Below are positions 38,437 to 47,939 of a stretch of DNA of 60,272 nucleotides, one piece after another. The stretch is from the NCBI GenBank assembly GCA_000991205.1, contig LBRC01000004.1, positions 1-60,272 on the forward strand, written 5' to 3'. This stretch comes from Parcubacteria group bacterium GW2011_GWA2_36_10. Lineage in GTDB: Bacteria > Patescibacteriota > Patescibacteriia > UBA1558 > GWA2-36-10. The first letter of the stretch is position 1; every line of letters begins with the position of its first letter. The position numbers were made by a program, and so were the translations under genes. The notes below the pieces were generated by a model. The model worked only from the letters and a program-made list of their open reading frames with translations. It had not been told where the DNA came from and did not search any database.

Positions 38437-38608
38437 CGCTTTTTCACGCCATAGGCGGGACCCCGCCAACGGCGGTGGCTTCTTAATTATTATTTTCTTC
38501 GTGGTTATCATAATATAATGATGAGAATTTGTAAAATCAGCTCATTTTACATCTTGTCTATTTTTTGTTAAAATATATTCACCTTAATTATTGATTTAAA
38601 ATAAAATT

Positions 38609-39109
38609 ATGCCTATTAAAAAAACAGCGGTTCGCAAAAGCGACAGCCGAGAAGAACTGATGGATTTTGATGATTTTGTTGCTCGTACACCAAAGCCAAA
38701 GAGTGCTAGCAAAGCTTGGCTGTTTATTACTTTAATATTAGTCATCATTGTTTTGGGAGCAGCTATTTTCTTTGTGCCAAAATTAAAGATGAACAAAACT
38801 GCAGAGTATCAAGCTATTTTTTTAGATAATCAGCAAGTTTACTTTGCTAAAGTCGTCAAAGAAGATGCAATGTCAGTTTATTTAGAGGACGTCTACTATA
38901 TCCAAACTCAACAGCAAGTAATTCCGGCCACGGAAGAGGGAGCAGAGGACACCGTCAAAGAAGTCCCAGTTTTGGTCAAACGTGGACAAGAATTACATCA
39001 ACCAAGTGGTTGGATGCAGATCAACCGGGATAAAATAGTTTCTATCGAACAGATTGGTGCTGAATCAGAGATCTTAAAAGAAATCGAGAAAGTAAAAGCG
39101 CAGAACTAA
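38609..39109 (+). CDS. Hypothetical membrane-anchored protein
   Basis: 166 aa with a single TM (WLFITLILVIIVLGAAIFFV). No family was recognised. Confidence 0.55.
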   Translation: MPIKKTAVRKSDSREELMDFDDFVARTPKPKSASKAWLFITLILVIIVLGAAIFFVPKLKMNKTAEYQAIFLDNQQVYFAKVVKEDAMSVYLEDVYYIQTQQQVIPATEEGAEDTVKEVPVLVKRGQELHQPSGWMQINRDKIVSIEQIGAESEILKEIEKVKAQN

Positions 39110-39184
39110 AACCCCCTTTGTCTTCGACATTTCCCCCTTCGTAAGGGGGAAAGCCTGAATAATATTTTATAAGCACTTAAGAAA

Positions 39185-39200
39185 CCCCGCGTACGCGGGG
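39185..39200. repeat. GC palindrome CCCCGCGTACGCGGGG, copy 1
   Basis: An identical 16-mer occurs at 57992-58007, with variants at 21586-21601 (..GTAT..) and 1673-1688. Confidence 0.85.
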
Positions 39201-39267
39201 TTTCTTTGAATTTTTATAAGCTAAGTTGCAATTAAAGCCCCAGCTGCCGCTGGGGCTTTATATCTCC

Positions 39268-39294
39268 AAAGTATTAAGTATAAATTAATACTTT
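39268..39294. promoter_or_regulatory. Candidate operator (10-bp perfect inverted repeat) overlapping the -35 box of the MerR-like gene
   Basis: AAAGTATTAA-N7-TTAATACTTT. The promoter is TTTACA (39292-39297), 17 nt, TATAAT (39315-39320). Confidence 0.5.
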
Positions 39295-39347
39295 ACACTT
39301 TTTACTTTATGGTTTATAATTAGTCTGTCGTTTATTTTTTTTATTTC

Positions 39348-39602
39348 ATGCGCAAAATAAAAACAGGTTTTTCTACCCCAAATTCTAAATTAGTCAAAAT
39401 TGGCACGCTCGCTGCCATGTTTAATATTTTGCCTTCAACTATAAATTTTTATACTTCCGAGGGTTTCTTAAGAGCCGATGGTCGCACGCGTGGTGGCTAT
39501 CGGCTTTATGATCCAGCTAAAGCAATGGCTACTTTGAAAAAGATCGAAAGCTTACAAAATAAAAAAAGATTTTCTTTAAAAGAAATAAAAAAATTAATAT
39601 GA
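39348..39602 (+). CDS. Small MerR-family HTH regulator
   Basis: 84 aa. IGTLAAMFNILPSTINFYTSEGFL...GGYRLY matches the MerR N-terminal winged helix. Confidence 0.65.
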   Translation: MRKIKTGFSTPNSKLVKIGTLAAMFNILPSTINFYTSEGFLRADGRTRGGYRLYDPAKAMATLKKIESLQNKKRFSLKEIKKLI

Positions 39603-39721
39603 AGCAAAGATTAGACAAAGTTTTTTCTAAGGCCAAACCAAAGCATCGTGTTTATCAGCCACGCTTACGCAAAAAAGTAAAAAATAGCTGGTGGCAAGCT
39701 TTGTATTCGATATTTTTTTGA
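39599..39721 (+). CDS. Possible 40-aa highly basic peptide, translationally coupled (ATGA overlap)
   Basis: Its ATG overlaps the TGA of the MerR-like gene. It encodes MKQRLDKVFSKAKPKHRVYQPRLRKKVKNSWWQALYSIFF. It is below the ORF-track size cutoff and has no other support. Confidence 0.3.
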   Translation: MKQRLDKVFSKAKPKHRVYQPRLRKKVKNSWWQALYSIFF

Positions 39722-39825
39722 CGTTTTGTCACCTCGAGCTTGTCGAGAGGTAAATGTTGTCAAATCATCAGTTTTTGGCTAAAATAACTCTTACCTATAT
39801 TAAATGGCACTAAACAATCAAAAAC

Positions 39826-42765
39826 ATGCCTAATTTTAAAGATCAAGAACAAGAAATATTAGATTTTTGGGATAAAGATCAGACTTTTCAAAAATCAGTA
39901 GAAAAACAGGCGCCACTTGGTGACTATCTTTTTTATGATGGTCCGCCCTTTGCCACTGGTACACCGCACTATGGTCATTTAGTCGCCAATGTTATGAAAG
40001 ACGTGGTACCACGTTTTTGGACCATGCATGGCTATCGGGTAGAAAGAATTTGGGGCTGGGATTGTCATGGTTTGCCAGTCGAAAACATTGTCGAAAAAGA
40101 ATTAGGCTCACAAAGTAAAAAAGTAATTGAAGCCATGGGTGTAGCCAAGTTCAACGAGCTTTGTCGCTCCAAAGTTTTGAGCTATGTCGCTGACTGGGAG
40201 CGAGTCGTTAGACGTTTGGGTCGCTGGGTGGACATGAAAAATTCTTACCGCACCATGGACATCGGCTTTATGGAGTCTGTCTGGTGGGTGTTTAAATCTT
40301 TATGGGATAAAGATTTGATTTACCAAGACTATCGCTCGATGCACATCTGTCCTAGATGTGAAACTACTTTATCACAATCAGAAGTAGCGGAAGGCTACAA
40401 AGATATCAAAGACTTATCAGTCACCGCTGAGTTTGAATTAGTCGATGAACCGGGCACTTTTGTTTTGGCTTGGACTACCACGCCTTGGACTTTGTTGGCC
40501 AATGTCGCTTTGGCTGTCGGTGCAGATATTAGCTATGTAAAAATTGAAAAAAAAGATGAAGGTACAGGGGACTTAATAAGATTTATTTTAGCCAAAGAAA
40601 AAGCTGAACAAATATTTGCTGGCCAAGAATTTAAAGTTATTGAAGAGTTTAAGGGCCAAGCTTTAGTCGGCAAAAAATATAAAGCTTTGTTTGACTATTA
40701 TGCTAAAGATGAGAATTTAGCAAATCATGCCAATGGTTGGCAAATAGTGACAGCTGATTTTGTCACCACTGAAGATGGTACTGGTGTCGTCCATATCGCT
40801 CCGGCTTTTGGTGAGGATGATATGAATCTTGGTCGGGAGAAAGACCTGCCTTTTGTGCAACACATTGGCATGGATGGTGTTATCAAAGAGCAAGTAGTAG
40901 ATTTCGCTGGTTTGCATGTCAAACCAAAAGATGATGTGCAAGCCACTGATGTCGCCATTATTAAATATTTGGCTAATAAAAATTTATTATTTGCTAAAGA
41001 AAAATATGAACACAGCTATCCACATTGCTGGCGTTGTGACACACCCTTGATTAACTACGCTACCTCATCGTGGTTTGTTAGTGTGACTAAAATAAAAACT
41101 GATGCCTTGGCACAAGCCGAGAAAATCAACTGGACGCCGGAGCATATCAAAGCTGGTCGTTTTGGTCAGTGGCTGACTGGCGCTCGTGACTGGTCTATTT
41201 CTCGTCAAAGGTTTTGGGCTTCAGTCATGCCGATCTGGGTCTGTAGTGAGTGTGATGATAAAATAGTTTTTGGTTGCACGGCTGACTTAGAAAAAGCCAG
41301 CGGTCAAAAGGTGACGGATTTACACAAACATATTGTCGATGAAGTGACTTTCAAATGTGCGAAATGTTCAGGCACGATGAAGCGCGTGCCAGATGTTTTG
41401 GATACTTGGTTTGATTCGGGCTCGATGCCTTATGCGCAGATGCACTATCCTTATGAAAATAAAGAGAAGTTTGACCATTCTTTTCCGGCGAAATTTATCG
41501 CCGAAGGTGTCGATCAGACTAGAACTTGGTTTTATTATCTGCATATTTTGGGCACAGCTTTAAAAAATTCTCCCGCTTTTGAAAATGTCATCGTCAACGG
41601 TATAGTTTTGGCTGAAGATGGTAAAAAGATGTCAAAAAAGCTTCAGAATTATCCTGATCCAGAGCTAGTGATAGAGAAGTATGGTGCTGATGCTTTGCGT
41701 TTATATTTATTATCTTCTCCTGTCATGCTAGCGGAAAATTTATCTTTTGCCGAGAAAGATTTACAAGTAGTGTACCGTAGATTTACAGCTTTGCTACAAA
41801 ACGTCTTGTCTTTTTATCAGATGTTCAAAGCAGAGGAGAAGCAAGTAGCTTTTAATCCCCTATCTTTACATAATATTTTAGACAAGTGGATAGTAGCCAA
41901 ACTGGCAAATTTAAATACTGAAGTGGAGCTGGCGATGAAAGAGTATAATCTAGTCAAAGCTACGCGTCCCCTATTTGATTTTGTGGATGAACTTTCTACT
42001 TGGTACTTGAGACGTAGTCGAGAAAGATTCAAAGGCGATGACGAAGCAGACAAACAAGAAGCTTTGGGAACGCTTGCTTTTGTCTTACAAAATTTTGCTA
42101 AAATCATCGCCCCGTTTACGCCGATGACTGCCGAAATCCTTTGGCAAGAATTCCGCCCACAGGGCGGTCACCCTGTGGGTGAGCACACGTCTGTCCATCT
42201 AGAAGCTTGGCCAGAAAAACTAAACATTGCAGCGGCAGAAAATATCTTGCAAGCCATGACAGCCACGCGTGATATCGTCGAAACTGTCCATGCTTTGCGT
42301 GCGGCTGCTAACCTAAAAGTCAGACAACCATTAGCTACTTTAGAAATCACAGCCAAGCTAAGCCAAGAGTATTTAGACTTATTGGCTGACGAGCTCAATG
42401 TCGAGCAAATAGTGATAGCCAATGAAGTGACGGTAGATAATGGCTGGCTCCAGCAAGAAGTAAATAATCTCAAAATTTCTTTGGATACTAATTTAACTGA
42501 TGATTTAAAGAAGAGTGGTTTCAAAAGAGAGTTTATTCGTACTATGAATAGTCTGCGTAAAGAAAAAAATTTAAGACATTCGGATAAACCAGTAGAAATA
42601 TTTTTTACTAAATCAGATTATTATAAAAAATTAATAGAAGAAAATTCTAGTGAGATTATAGCCGCTACTTCAGCGAGTGGTTTAGAATTTGTTGATAATC
42701 CAGATCCAAATAAATCAAAATCATTTCCGATTGATGGTGAGCAAATTATCTTAGGTTTAAAATAA
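39826..42765 (+). CDS. ileS: Isoleucyl-tRNA synthetase
   Basis: HIGH (PHYGH), KMSKS (KMSKK) and the CP1 editing domain. 979 aa. It contains an in-frame 9-bp-stem GC palindrome at 42156-42179. Confidence 0.95.
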   Translation: MPNFKDQEQEILDFWDKDQTFQKSVEKQAPLGDYLFYDGPPFATGTPHYGHLVANVMKDVVPRFWTMHGYRVERIWGWDCHGLPVENIVEKELGSQSKKVIEAMGVAKFNELCRSKVLSYVADWERVVRRLGRWVDMKNSYRTMDIGFMESVWWVFKSLWDKDLIYQDYRSMHICPRCETTLSQSEVAEGYKDIKDLSVTAEFELVDEPGTFVLAWTTTPWTLLANVALAVGADISYVKIEKKDEGTGDLIRFILAKEKAEQIFAGQEFKVIEEFKGQALVGKKYKALFDYYAKDENLANHANGWQIVTADFVTTEDGTGVVHIAPAFGEDDMNLGREKDLPFVQHIGMDGVIKEQVVDFAGLHVKPKDDVQATDVAIIKYLANKNLLFAKEKYEHSYPHCWRCDTPLINYATSSWFVSVTKIKTDALAQAEKINWTPEHIKAGRFGQWLTGARDWSISRQRFWASVMPIWVCSECDDKIVFGCTADLEKASGQKVTDLHKHIVDEVTFKCAKCSGTMKRVPDVLDTWFDSGSMPYAQMHYPYENKEKFDHSFPAKFIAEGVDQTRTWFYYLHILGTALKNSPAFENVIVNGIVLAEDGKKMSKKLQNYPDPELVIEKYGADALRLYLLSSPVMLAENLSFAEKDLQVVYRRFTALLQNVLSFYQMFKAEEKQVAFNPLSLHNILDKWIVAKLANLNTEVELAMKEYNLVKATRPLFDFVDELSTWYLRRSRERFKGDDEADKQEALGTLAFVLQNFAKIIAPFTPMTAEILWQEFRPQGGHPVGEHTSVHLEAWPEKLNIAAAENILQAMTATRDIVETVHALRAAANLKVRQPLATLEITAKLSQEYLDLLADELNVEQIVIANEVTVDNGWLQQEVNNLKISLDTNLTDDLKKSGFKREFIRTMNSLRKEKNLRHSDKPVEIFFTKSDYYKKLIEENSSEIIAATSASGLEFVDNPDPNKSKSFPIDGEQIILGLK

Positions 42766-43400
42766 TGACTTTTAAAAGCGAAGCCTTTGTTTTAAAAACT
42801 AAAGCCTTCAAAGACGCTGACCGGTTTTACTATTTATTTACTCCGCACGAAGGCATGGTGACGGCAGTCTTGAAGTCCGCGGCTAAATCAGGCTCGAAGC
42901 TGGCTGGACATTTGCCAGTCTTTGCCAAAGTGCGAGTGATGATCGGTCGGGGTAAAATAGATCACTTAGCTGGCGTAGAGCTAGTCGAAGATTTTCCTAA
43001 TTTAAGAAATGACTTGAAAAATCTAGCGCTTGCCTCTTCGATTGCCGAGATTTTTTTAAACGACTTTAGCTTTGGACAAAAACAAGCCGAGTTCAAGCTA
43101 TTAAATGAGGTTTTATTTTTATTAAATAACGGGACTTTAGAGTCAAGCGCTAAATTACTTTTAGTGCGCGCTTTTTTGTGGAAATTCTTAGCTTTATCGG
43201 GCTTTAGTTTACCCACTTTTTCAATTAGCAAAACTTTGCTACAATTGATAAGAGAGATCTTAAAACAGCCCTTGGTGGAAGTTTTAAATTTTTCTTTATC
43301 TAAAGAATTAAATAAAGAATGGCTTCAAGCTTCACAGGTGTATTACCAAGAAGTTTATGATAGGCCTTCACAAGCATTAAAATTATTTGTTTATGGTTAA
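42765..43400 (+). CDS. recO: DNA repair protein RecO
   Basis: 211 aa. N-terminal OB-fold pattern EAFVLKTKAFKDADRFYYLFT, with a start overlapping the ileS stop. Confidence 0.75.
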   Translation: MTFKSEAFVLKTKAFKDADRFYYLFTPHEGMVTAVLKSAAKSGSKLAGHLPVFAKVRVMIGRGKIDHLAGVELVEDFPNLRNDLKNLALASSIAEIFLNDFSFGQKQAEFKLLNEVLFLLNNGTLESSAKLLLVRAFLWKFLALSGFSLPTFSISKTLLQLIREILKQPLVEVLNFSLSKELNKEWLQASQVYYQEVYDRPSQALKLFVYG

Positions 43401-45186
43401 AACACAAAAAAAAGATTTAGACTCTGCTCAAGTAGCACCACGCCGAAAAAGCTCTTATCAAGCCCCAGAACTAAAATCTGGACGTAAAAAAGAAGTACCG
43501 CATGAATATCGTAGTTTTAAAAAAGCTCCGAAAACTCATGGTTTTTTGATTTTCTTTTTGTTTTTATTGTTTGCCTCGGCGCTGGCAGGATTTTTTTATT
43601 GGAATAGTCGTTTTAGTCAAACAGAGACAAAGAGCTTGACTATGCAGGTGGCAGCTCCGGAAAAAATAGTTTCTGGTGATGAAGTCACTTATAAAATAGA
43701 GTATAAAAATTCAGATAAAGTGGCTTTGACACAAATGAAGCTAAGCGTTTATTGGCCAGCTGGTTTTTATTTTGACTCCAGTTCTGTGCCACCAACTAAT
43801 GACAATGCTAAAGAATGGCTATTGAGTGATTTGGGTTCTGGTCAAAGTGGTAGCTTAGAAATCAAAGGCCAACTAGTGGGCTCCAAAGATGAAAATCTAG
43901 AAGCTATTTTTACCCTTGATTATCAGCCAGCTAATTTTAGTTCAGACTTTTCTATCACCACTAAAACTAATACTCTGATCACCGAAAATAAATTAGAATT
44001 AAAAATTGAAGCTGTCGATAAGACTTTGATCAATACTGAACAAGAAATCAAAGTTATTTACAAAAATCTTTCCCCAGAAAAATTAGAAGATTTATCTTTG
44101 GATATTTTATTTCCTGATGACTGGAAAAATACTGAAATAGATCCGACTTGGGAGGGTGAATTTTTAGCGACCTCTTTAGAGCCAGCTGAAGAAAAAACTA
44201 TCACCATCACGGGAAATTTTGGTGCGGACACCAAGCCAGAGCAAATGCTAGTAGTAGAAATCGGTAAAAAACAAGACGATAAATTACGTCGTTTGGCCCG
44301 CGCTGAAAAGAAAATCGCTATTGTCAGCCCACAGTTTGAAACTAGTCTAAAAATCAATGGCAACAGTGGTGACGTGCAAGCTAATTGGGGCGATGAATTA
44401 AAATATCAATTAGAAGTCAAAAATACTAGCCCGAGCGAAATCAATGATGCGCAAGTTACGATGGACTTGAGTGGCGCGGTTTTAGACTGGGATTCGATGG
44501 AAACTAGCGCTCAAGTGAATGAGCAAACTTTGACTTGGAATAAAGAGCAAGATGAAAGTATCGCTACTTGGCCAAGTCAAGAAACTAAGACTTTCACTTG
44601 GAAGGTCAAAGTAAGTAAAGATCAAGTGACCGAAAGAACCATTGATCATGCTTTGACTATCAATATCGTGGGCTTGGACGCTTGGGAGCAAACAGCGACT
44701 TTATCTAAACTTTCCGTCGGCGATAATCTAACTTTTAATAATGGTGTCTATTGGGATCTAGGTGGTCGTCGTGTCGGCACTGGACTTTTACCACCACAGG
44801 TCGGTGAAGAAACTAGCTATTTAGCGGTTTGGTCTATCCCTAAAGCAGCTATTGGTTTTAATAAAGTAAAAATCAGCACGACTTTGTCAGAGCAAGTTTT
44901 CTTTGGTGGTGAAACTGATGTTTCCGTCGGTGATTTGAGCTTTGATGAAGAAACACAAGTTTTGACTTGGACTATTAGTAGCTTTGATAGTGGTGATATC
45001 CCAGCGACCGCTTCTTTTGTCCTGACATTAAAGCCAGAAGCAGCTGACAAGGGCGAGACGATGACAGTCTTAGATACAGTAGTAGCGACTGCTAAAGGCA
45101 AAGAAGAAGCTGTTGTTAATACCAAAGTGATCACGACCGCTGATGTCGTCACTAATACAACTGGCGATATCGGTACAGTGAAGTAA
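43387..45186 (+). CDS. Large anchored surface protein with repeated Ig-like (DUF11/CARDB-like) modules
   Basis: 599 aa with a TM anchor (FLIFFLFLLFASALAGFFYW). It has recurring beta-rich modules such as GDEVTYKIEYKNS and GDELKYQLEVKNTS. Confidence 0.55.
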   Translation: MFMVKTQKKDLDSAQVAPRRKSSYQAPELKSGRKKEVPHEYRSFKKAPKTHGFLIFFLFLLFASALAGFFYWNSRFSQTETKSLTMQVAAPEKIVSGDEVTYKIEYKNSDKVALTQMKLSVYWPAGFYFDSSSVPPTNDNAKEWLLSDLGSGQSGSLEIKGQLVGSKDENLEAIFTLDYQPANFSSDFSITTKTNTLITENKLELKIEAVDKTLINTEQEIKVIYKNLSPEKLEDLSLDILFPDDWKNTEIDPTWEGEFLATSLEPAEEKTITITGNFGADTKPEQMLVVEIGKKQDDKLRRLARAEKKIAIVSPQFETSLKINGNSGDVQANWGDELKYQLEVKNTSPSEINDAQVTMDLSGAVLDWDSMETSAQVNEQTLTWNKEQDESIATWPSQETKTFTWKVKVSKDQVTERTIDHALTINIVGLDAWEQTATLSKLSVGDNLTFNNGVYWDLGGRRVGTGLLPPQVGEETSYLAVWSIPKAAIGFNKVKISTTLSEQVFFGGETDVSVGDLSFDEETQVLTWTISSFDSGDIPATASFVLTLKPEAADKGETMTVLDTVVATAKGKEEAVVNTKVITTADVVTNTTGDIGTVK

Positions 45187-45189
45187 AAA

Positions 45190-45271
45190 GTACCCCCTCT
45201 GTCGCTTTCCCGGCATCCGCCGGGAAACGCGCCTTCTCCCCCTAATTTAGGGGGAGACCGAGAGGGGGTAC
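45190..45271. repeat. Nested compound palindrome (three-way-junction-like)
   Basis: The outer stem GTACCCCCTCT (45190-45200) / AGAGGGGGTAC (45261-45271) encloses two hairpins: TTTCCCGG...CCGGGAAA (45206-45227) and TCTCCCCC...GGGGGAGA (45235-45257). Confidence 0.8.
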
Positions 45272-45290
45272 TGAAATAAATAATATTTTT

Positions 45291-46400
45291 GTGTTCAAAT
45301 TATTAAAACAATCTAAAAAATCTCTGGCTAGATTAGCCATACTAGACACCGCTCATGGCAAGGTGTCTAGTCCTTTTTTTATGCCGATAGCGACTAAAGC
45401 AGCTATCAAGAGTCTGACTGTGGAAGACGTGAAAAGCATGGGAGCAGAGATCATCTTATCAAATACTTATCATAACTATCTCAAACCAGGTCTAAAAATC
45501 TTACAAAAGTTTGGTGGTTTGCATGATTTTATGCAAAGTGATTTACCGATTTTGACAGATAGTGGTGGCTACCAAGTTTTTAGTTTAGCAAACTTGAGAA
45601 AAATAAAAGGTGACAATATCGAATTCCAATCTCACCTAGATGGCTCCAAACATATCTTAAATCCTAAAAAAGTCATCGATATCCAAGTGGCTTTAAATTC
45701 AGATATCATGATGGTCTTAGATGAATGCATCGGTTTGCCCGCCAAGCGTGAGGATGCAGTCAAGGCTTTAGAAAGAACTACCCGTTGGGCAGAACAAGCA
45801 TTTAGCTATAAAGAAAAATTAAATAAAAAATCCGCCAAGATAAAAAAACAATTATTATTCGGCATTGTCCAAGGGGCGGATTTTGAAGACTTAAGATTAA
45901 GATCAGCCGATGAGCTAACTAAACTTGCTTTCGATGGTTTTGCTATCGGTGGTCTAGCTGTCGGTGAAACCAATGAAGTGATGTATAAAGTCTTAAAATA
46001 CACGGCGCCAGTTTTGCCCGCCAATAAGCCTAGATATCTGATGGGAGTTGGCTATCCGGAAAATATCATAGAAGCTGTAAAGCTTGGTGTCGATATGTTT
46101 GACTGTGTGATCCCGACGCGAGAAGCTCGTCACGGCAAGCTATATTTACCACTTGGTAAAACTATTTTAAACAAAGGCAAACTCAAATATAAAACTATTC
46201 AAATCACTAATAGTCAGTTTTTTTCAGACATTAAGCCAATCAATCAAACAAATCTAAAAAATTATTCTCTTAGCTATTTACATCATTTATTCAAAACCCA
46301 AGAGCCGCTAGCCTTGAAGCTTGCCACTCTAAATAATCTGAAGTTTTATTTAGACTTGATGAAAGAAATACGACAGGCAATTAAAAAAGGAGAAATATAG
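45291..46400 (+). CDS. tgt: Queuine tRNA-ribosyltransferase (Tgt), zinc-site ligands absent
   Basis: GTG start. TDSGGYQVFSL, LFGIVQG and VDMFDCVIPTR catalytic motifs. The CxCxxC...H zinc motif is replaced (see finding). Confidence 0.88.
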   Translation: MFKLLKQSKKSLARLAILDTAHGKVSSPFFMPIATKAAIKSLTVEDVKSMGAEIILSNTYHNYLKPGLKILQKFGGLHDFMQSDLPILTDSGGYQVFSLANLRKIKGDNIEFQSHLDGSKHILNPKKVIDIQVALNSDIMMVLDECIGLPAKREDAVKALERTTRWAEQAFSYKEKLNKKSAKIKKQLLFGIVQGADFEDLRLRSADELTKLAFDGFAIGGLAVGETNEVMYKVLKYTAPVLPANKPRYLMGVGYPENIIEAVKLGVDMFDCVIPTREARHGKLYLPLGKTILNKGKLKYKTIQITNSQFFSDIKPINQTNLKNYSLSYLHHLFKTQEPLALKLATLNNLKFYLDLMKEIRQAIKKGEI

Positions 46401-46447
46401 GTAAAACCGTGAAAATATAGGTTTTTAAGTGATTTTTCACGATTATG

Positions 46448-46476
46448 TTGACAAAACAGTGAAAAAGGTATATAAT
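46448..46476 (+). promoter_or_regulatory. Consensus sigma70 promoter of fic (probably leaderless mRNA)
   Basis: TTGACA, 17-nt spacer, TATAAT. The -10 box ends 7 nt before the ATG at 46484, so there is no room for an SD. GTGAAAA repeats and the CGTGAAAA/TTTTCACG inverted repeat (46408-46441) lie upstream. Confidence 0.7.
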
Positions 46477-46483
46477 AGCTTAT

Positions 46484-47365
46484 ATGGCTAAAATACTTAG
46501 TGCTTTTAATAAGATAAACTCTCTGCGAGAGAGGTATTATCAGGCTTCCAATGGTCAGGACGCTCTTATTTTGTTGTTGGCTGAAGCGGAAGTTGCTGAA
46601 CAGGTATATAACTCAAATGCTATTGAAAACAGCACCTTGACTCTTGAAGAAACGGAAAAAATACTTTTGCAAATTGACTTAGATAGATTTATTACTGAAC
46701 GAGAAATTTTTGAAGCCAAGAATTTGGCGCGAGTCGTGTCTTATATAAATAAAAAAGCCAAAGAGAAAGAATTAAATTTAGATGTCATTTTATCGCTTCA
46801 TAAGATGTTACTGGCTAATATTCGTGACGATGTAGCTGGCAGATTTAGACGAATCAATGAATATGTTCGAGTCGGTAGTCATATTGCTCCTCAATCAGCT
46901 GAAGTAGTAGAGCGTTTGGAAAAAATGTTAGCTGATTACAATGCAGCTAGTCATGAAAATATTATCAAACGTATAGCGAAACTACACCTTGTTTTTGAAT
47001 ACACGCATCCCTTTATTGATGGCAATGGTCGCATTGGACGAGTGATTAATAATTATTTGTTAATCAGAGAGGGTTTTGTGCCAATCAATATTAAGTTTAT
47101 TGATAGACAAAAATATTATGCAGCCTTTAGAGAATTCGATATCAAAGGCTCAACGCTAGTGATGGAGGAAATAGTTGCCAAAGCCTTGACTAATAGTTAT
47201 CACAAAAGATTGGCTTATCTTGAGGGTAAAAAAATAATTACTTTACTTGATTATGCCAAAATTAATAAAATATCTCACTCGAATTTAATTAATAAAGCAC
47301 ACAGACAAACCATTGAAGCTTTTTTAGAAAAAAATATTTGGAAAATTGGTGTTGCTAATAAATAA
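46484..47365 (+). CDS. fic: Fic-domain protein (class II, N-terminal inhibitory helix)
   Basis: Fic motif HPFIDGNGRIGR, plus the N-terminal inhibitory motif SNAIEN, which matches [ST]xxxE[GN]. Confidence 0.88.
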   Translation: MAKILSAFNKINSLRERYYQASNGQDALILLLAEAEVAEQVYNSNAIENSTLTLEETEKILLQIDLDRFITEREIFEAKNLARVVSYINKKAKEKELNLDVILSLHKMLLANIRDDVAGRFRRINEYVRVGSHIAPQSAEVVERLEKMLADYNAASHENIIKRIAKLHLVFEYTHPFIDGNGRIGRVINNYLLIREGFVPINIKFIDRQKYYAAFREFDIKGSTLVMEEIVAKALTNSYHKRLAYLEGKKIITLLDYAKINKISHSNLINKAHRQTIEAFLEKNIWKIGVANK

Positions 47366-47377
47366 GAGAAGAAAAGT

Positions 47378-47707
47378 ATGAAAATAGACGTAACAAAAAA
47401 ACAATATTGGGATCTCATGCGTGGTATGTATATGGCAGATTGGGTGGCGAATGCAATTTGCGAGGCTGATATGAAGCGGGATGAGGATATAAAGGAAACT
47501 CGTAATTACATCTTTTCTTTTGCGAAAGAGATGGGACTTGAGAGGTATGTAGAATATGATAAGGAACTGGGAGAATATTTCGCAACTTTTGATATGGATG
47601 ACGAGTCAGTGACGCGTTCACTCATAGAGCGATTTGAAGAACATTCTGCTTGGGATGAGTTGAGTAGTTGGCTTGGTGATCGTGATTTTTTTATTAAAAA
47701 TAGATGA
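47378..47707 (+). CDS. Small acidic protein downstream of fic, unknown function
   Basis: 109 aa starting 12 nt after the fic stop. No family was recognised. Confidence 0.5.
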   Translation: MKIDVTKKQYWDLMRGMYMADWVANAICEADMKRDEDIKETRNYIFSFAKEMGLERYVEYDKELGEYFATFDMDDESVTRSLIERFEEHSAWDELSSWLGDRDFFIKNR

Positions 47708-47939
47708 AAATAAAAAATAATGATATCAAATTATTATTTTTTGTCAATCCTACTTCCGTGGAGTTTTATAGAATATAAAAGTAATTGATTTGCGGATAAC
47801 CATTTTCACCGTTTGGGGAAAATGGTAAAATTTAACTGGATTTGATTTTTAAGCAAATTTTCTAATGTCTAGCATACTAACACAAGATGTTTGACTTTTT
47901 GACATCAAAGTTGTAATATTATAACATAAAGATAAATAT

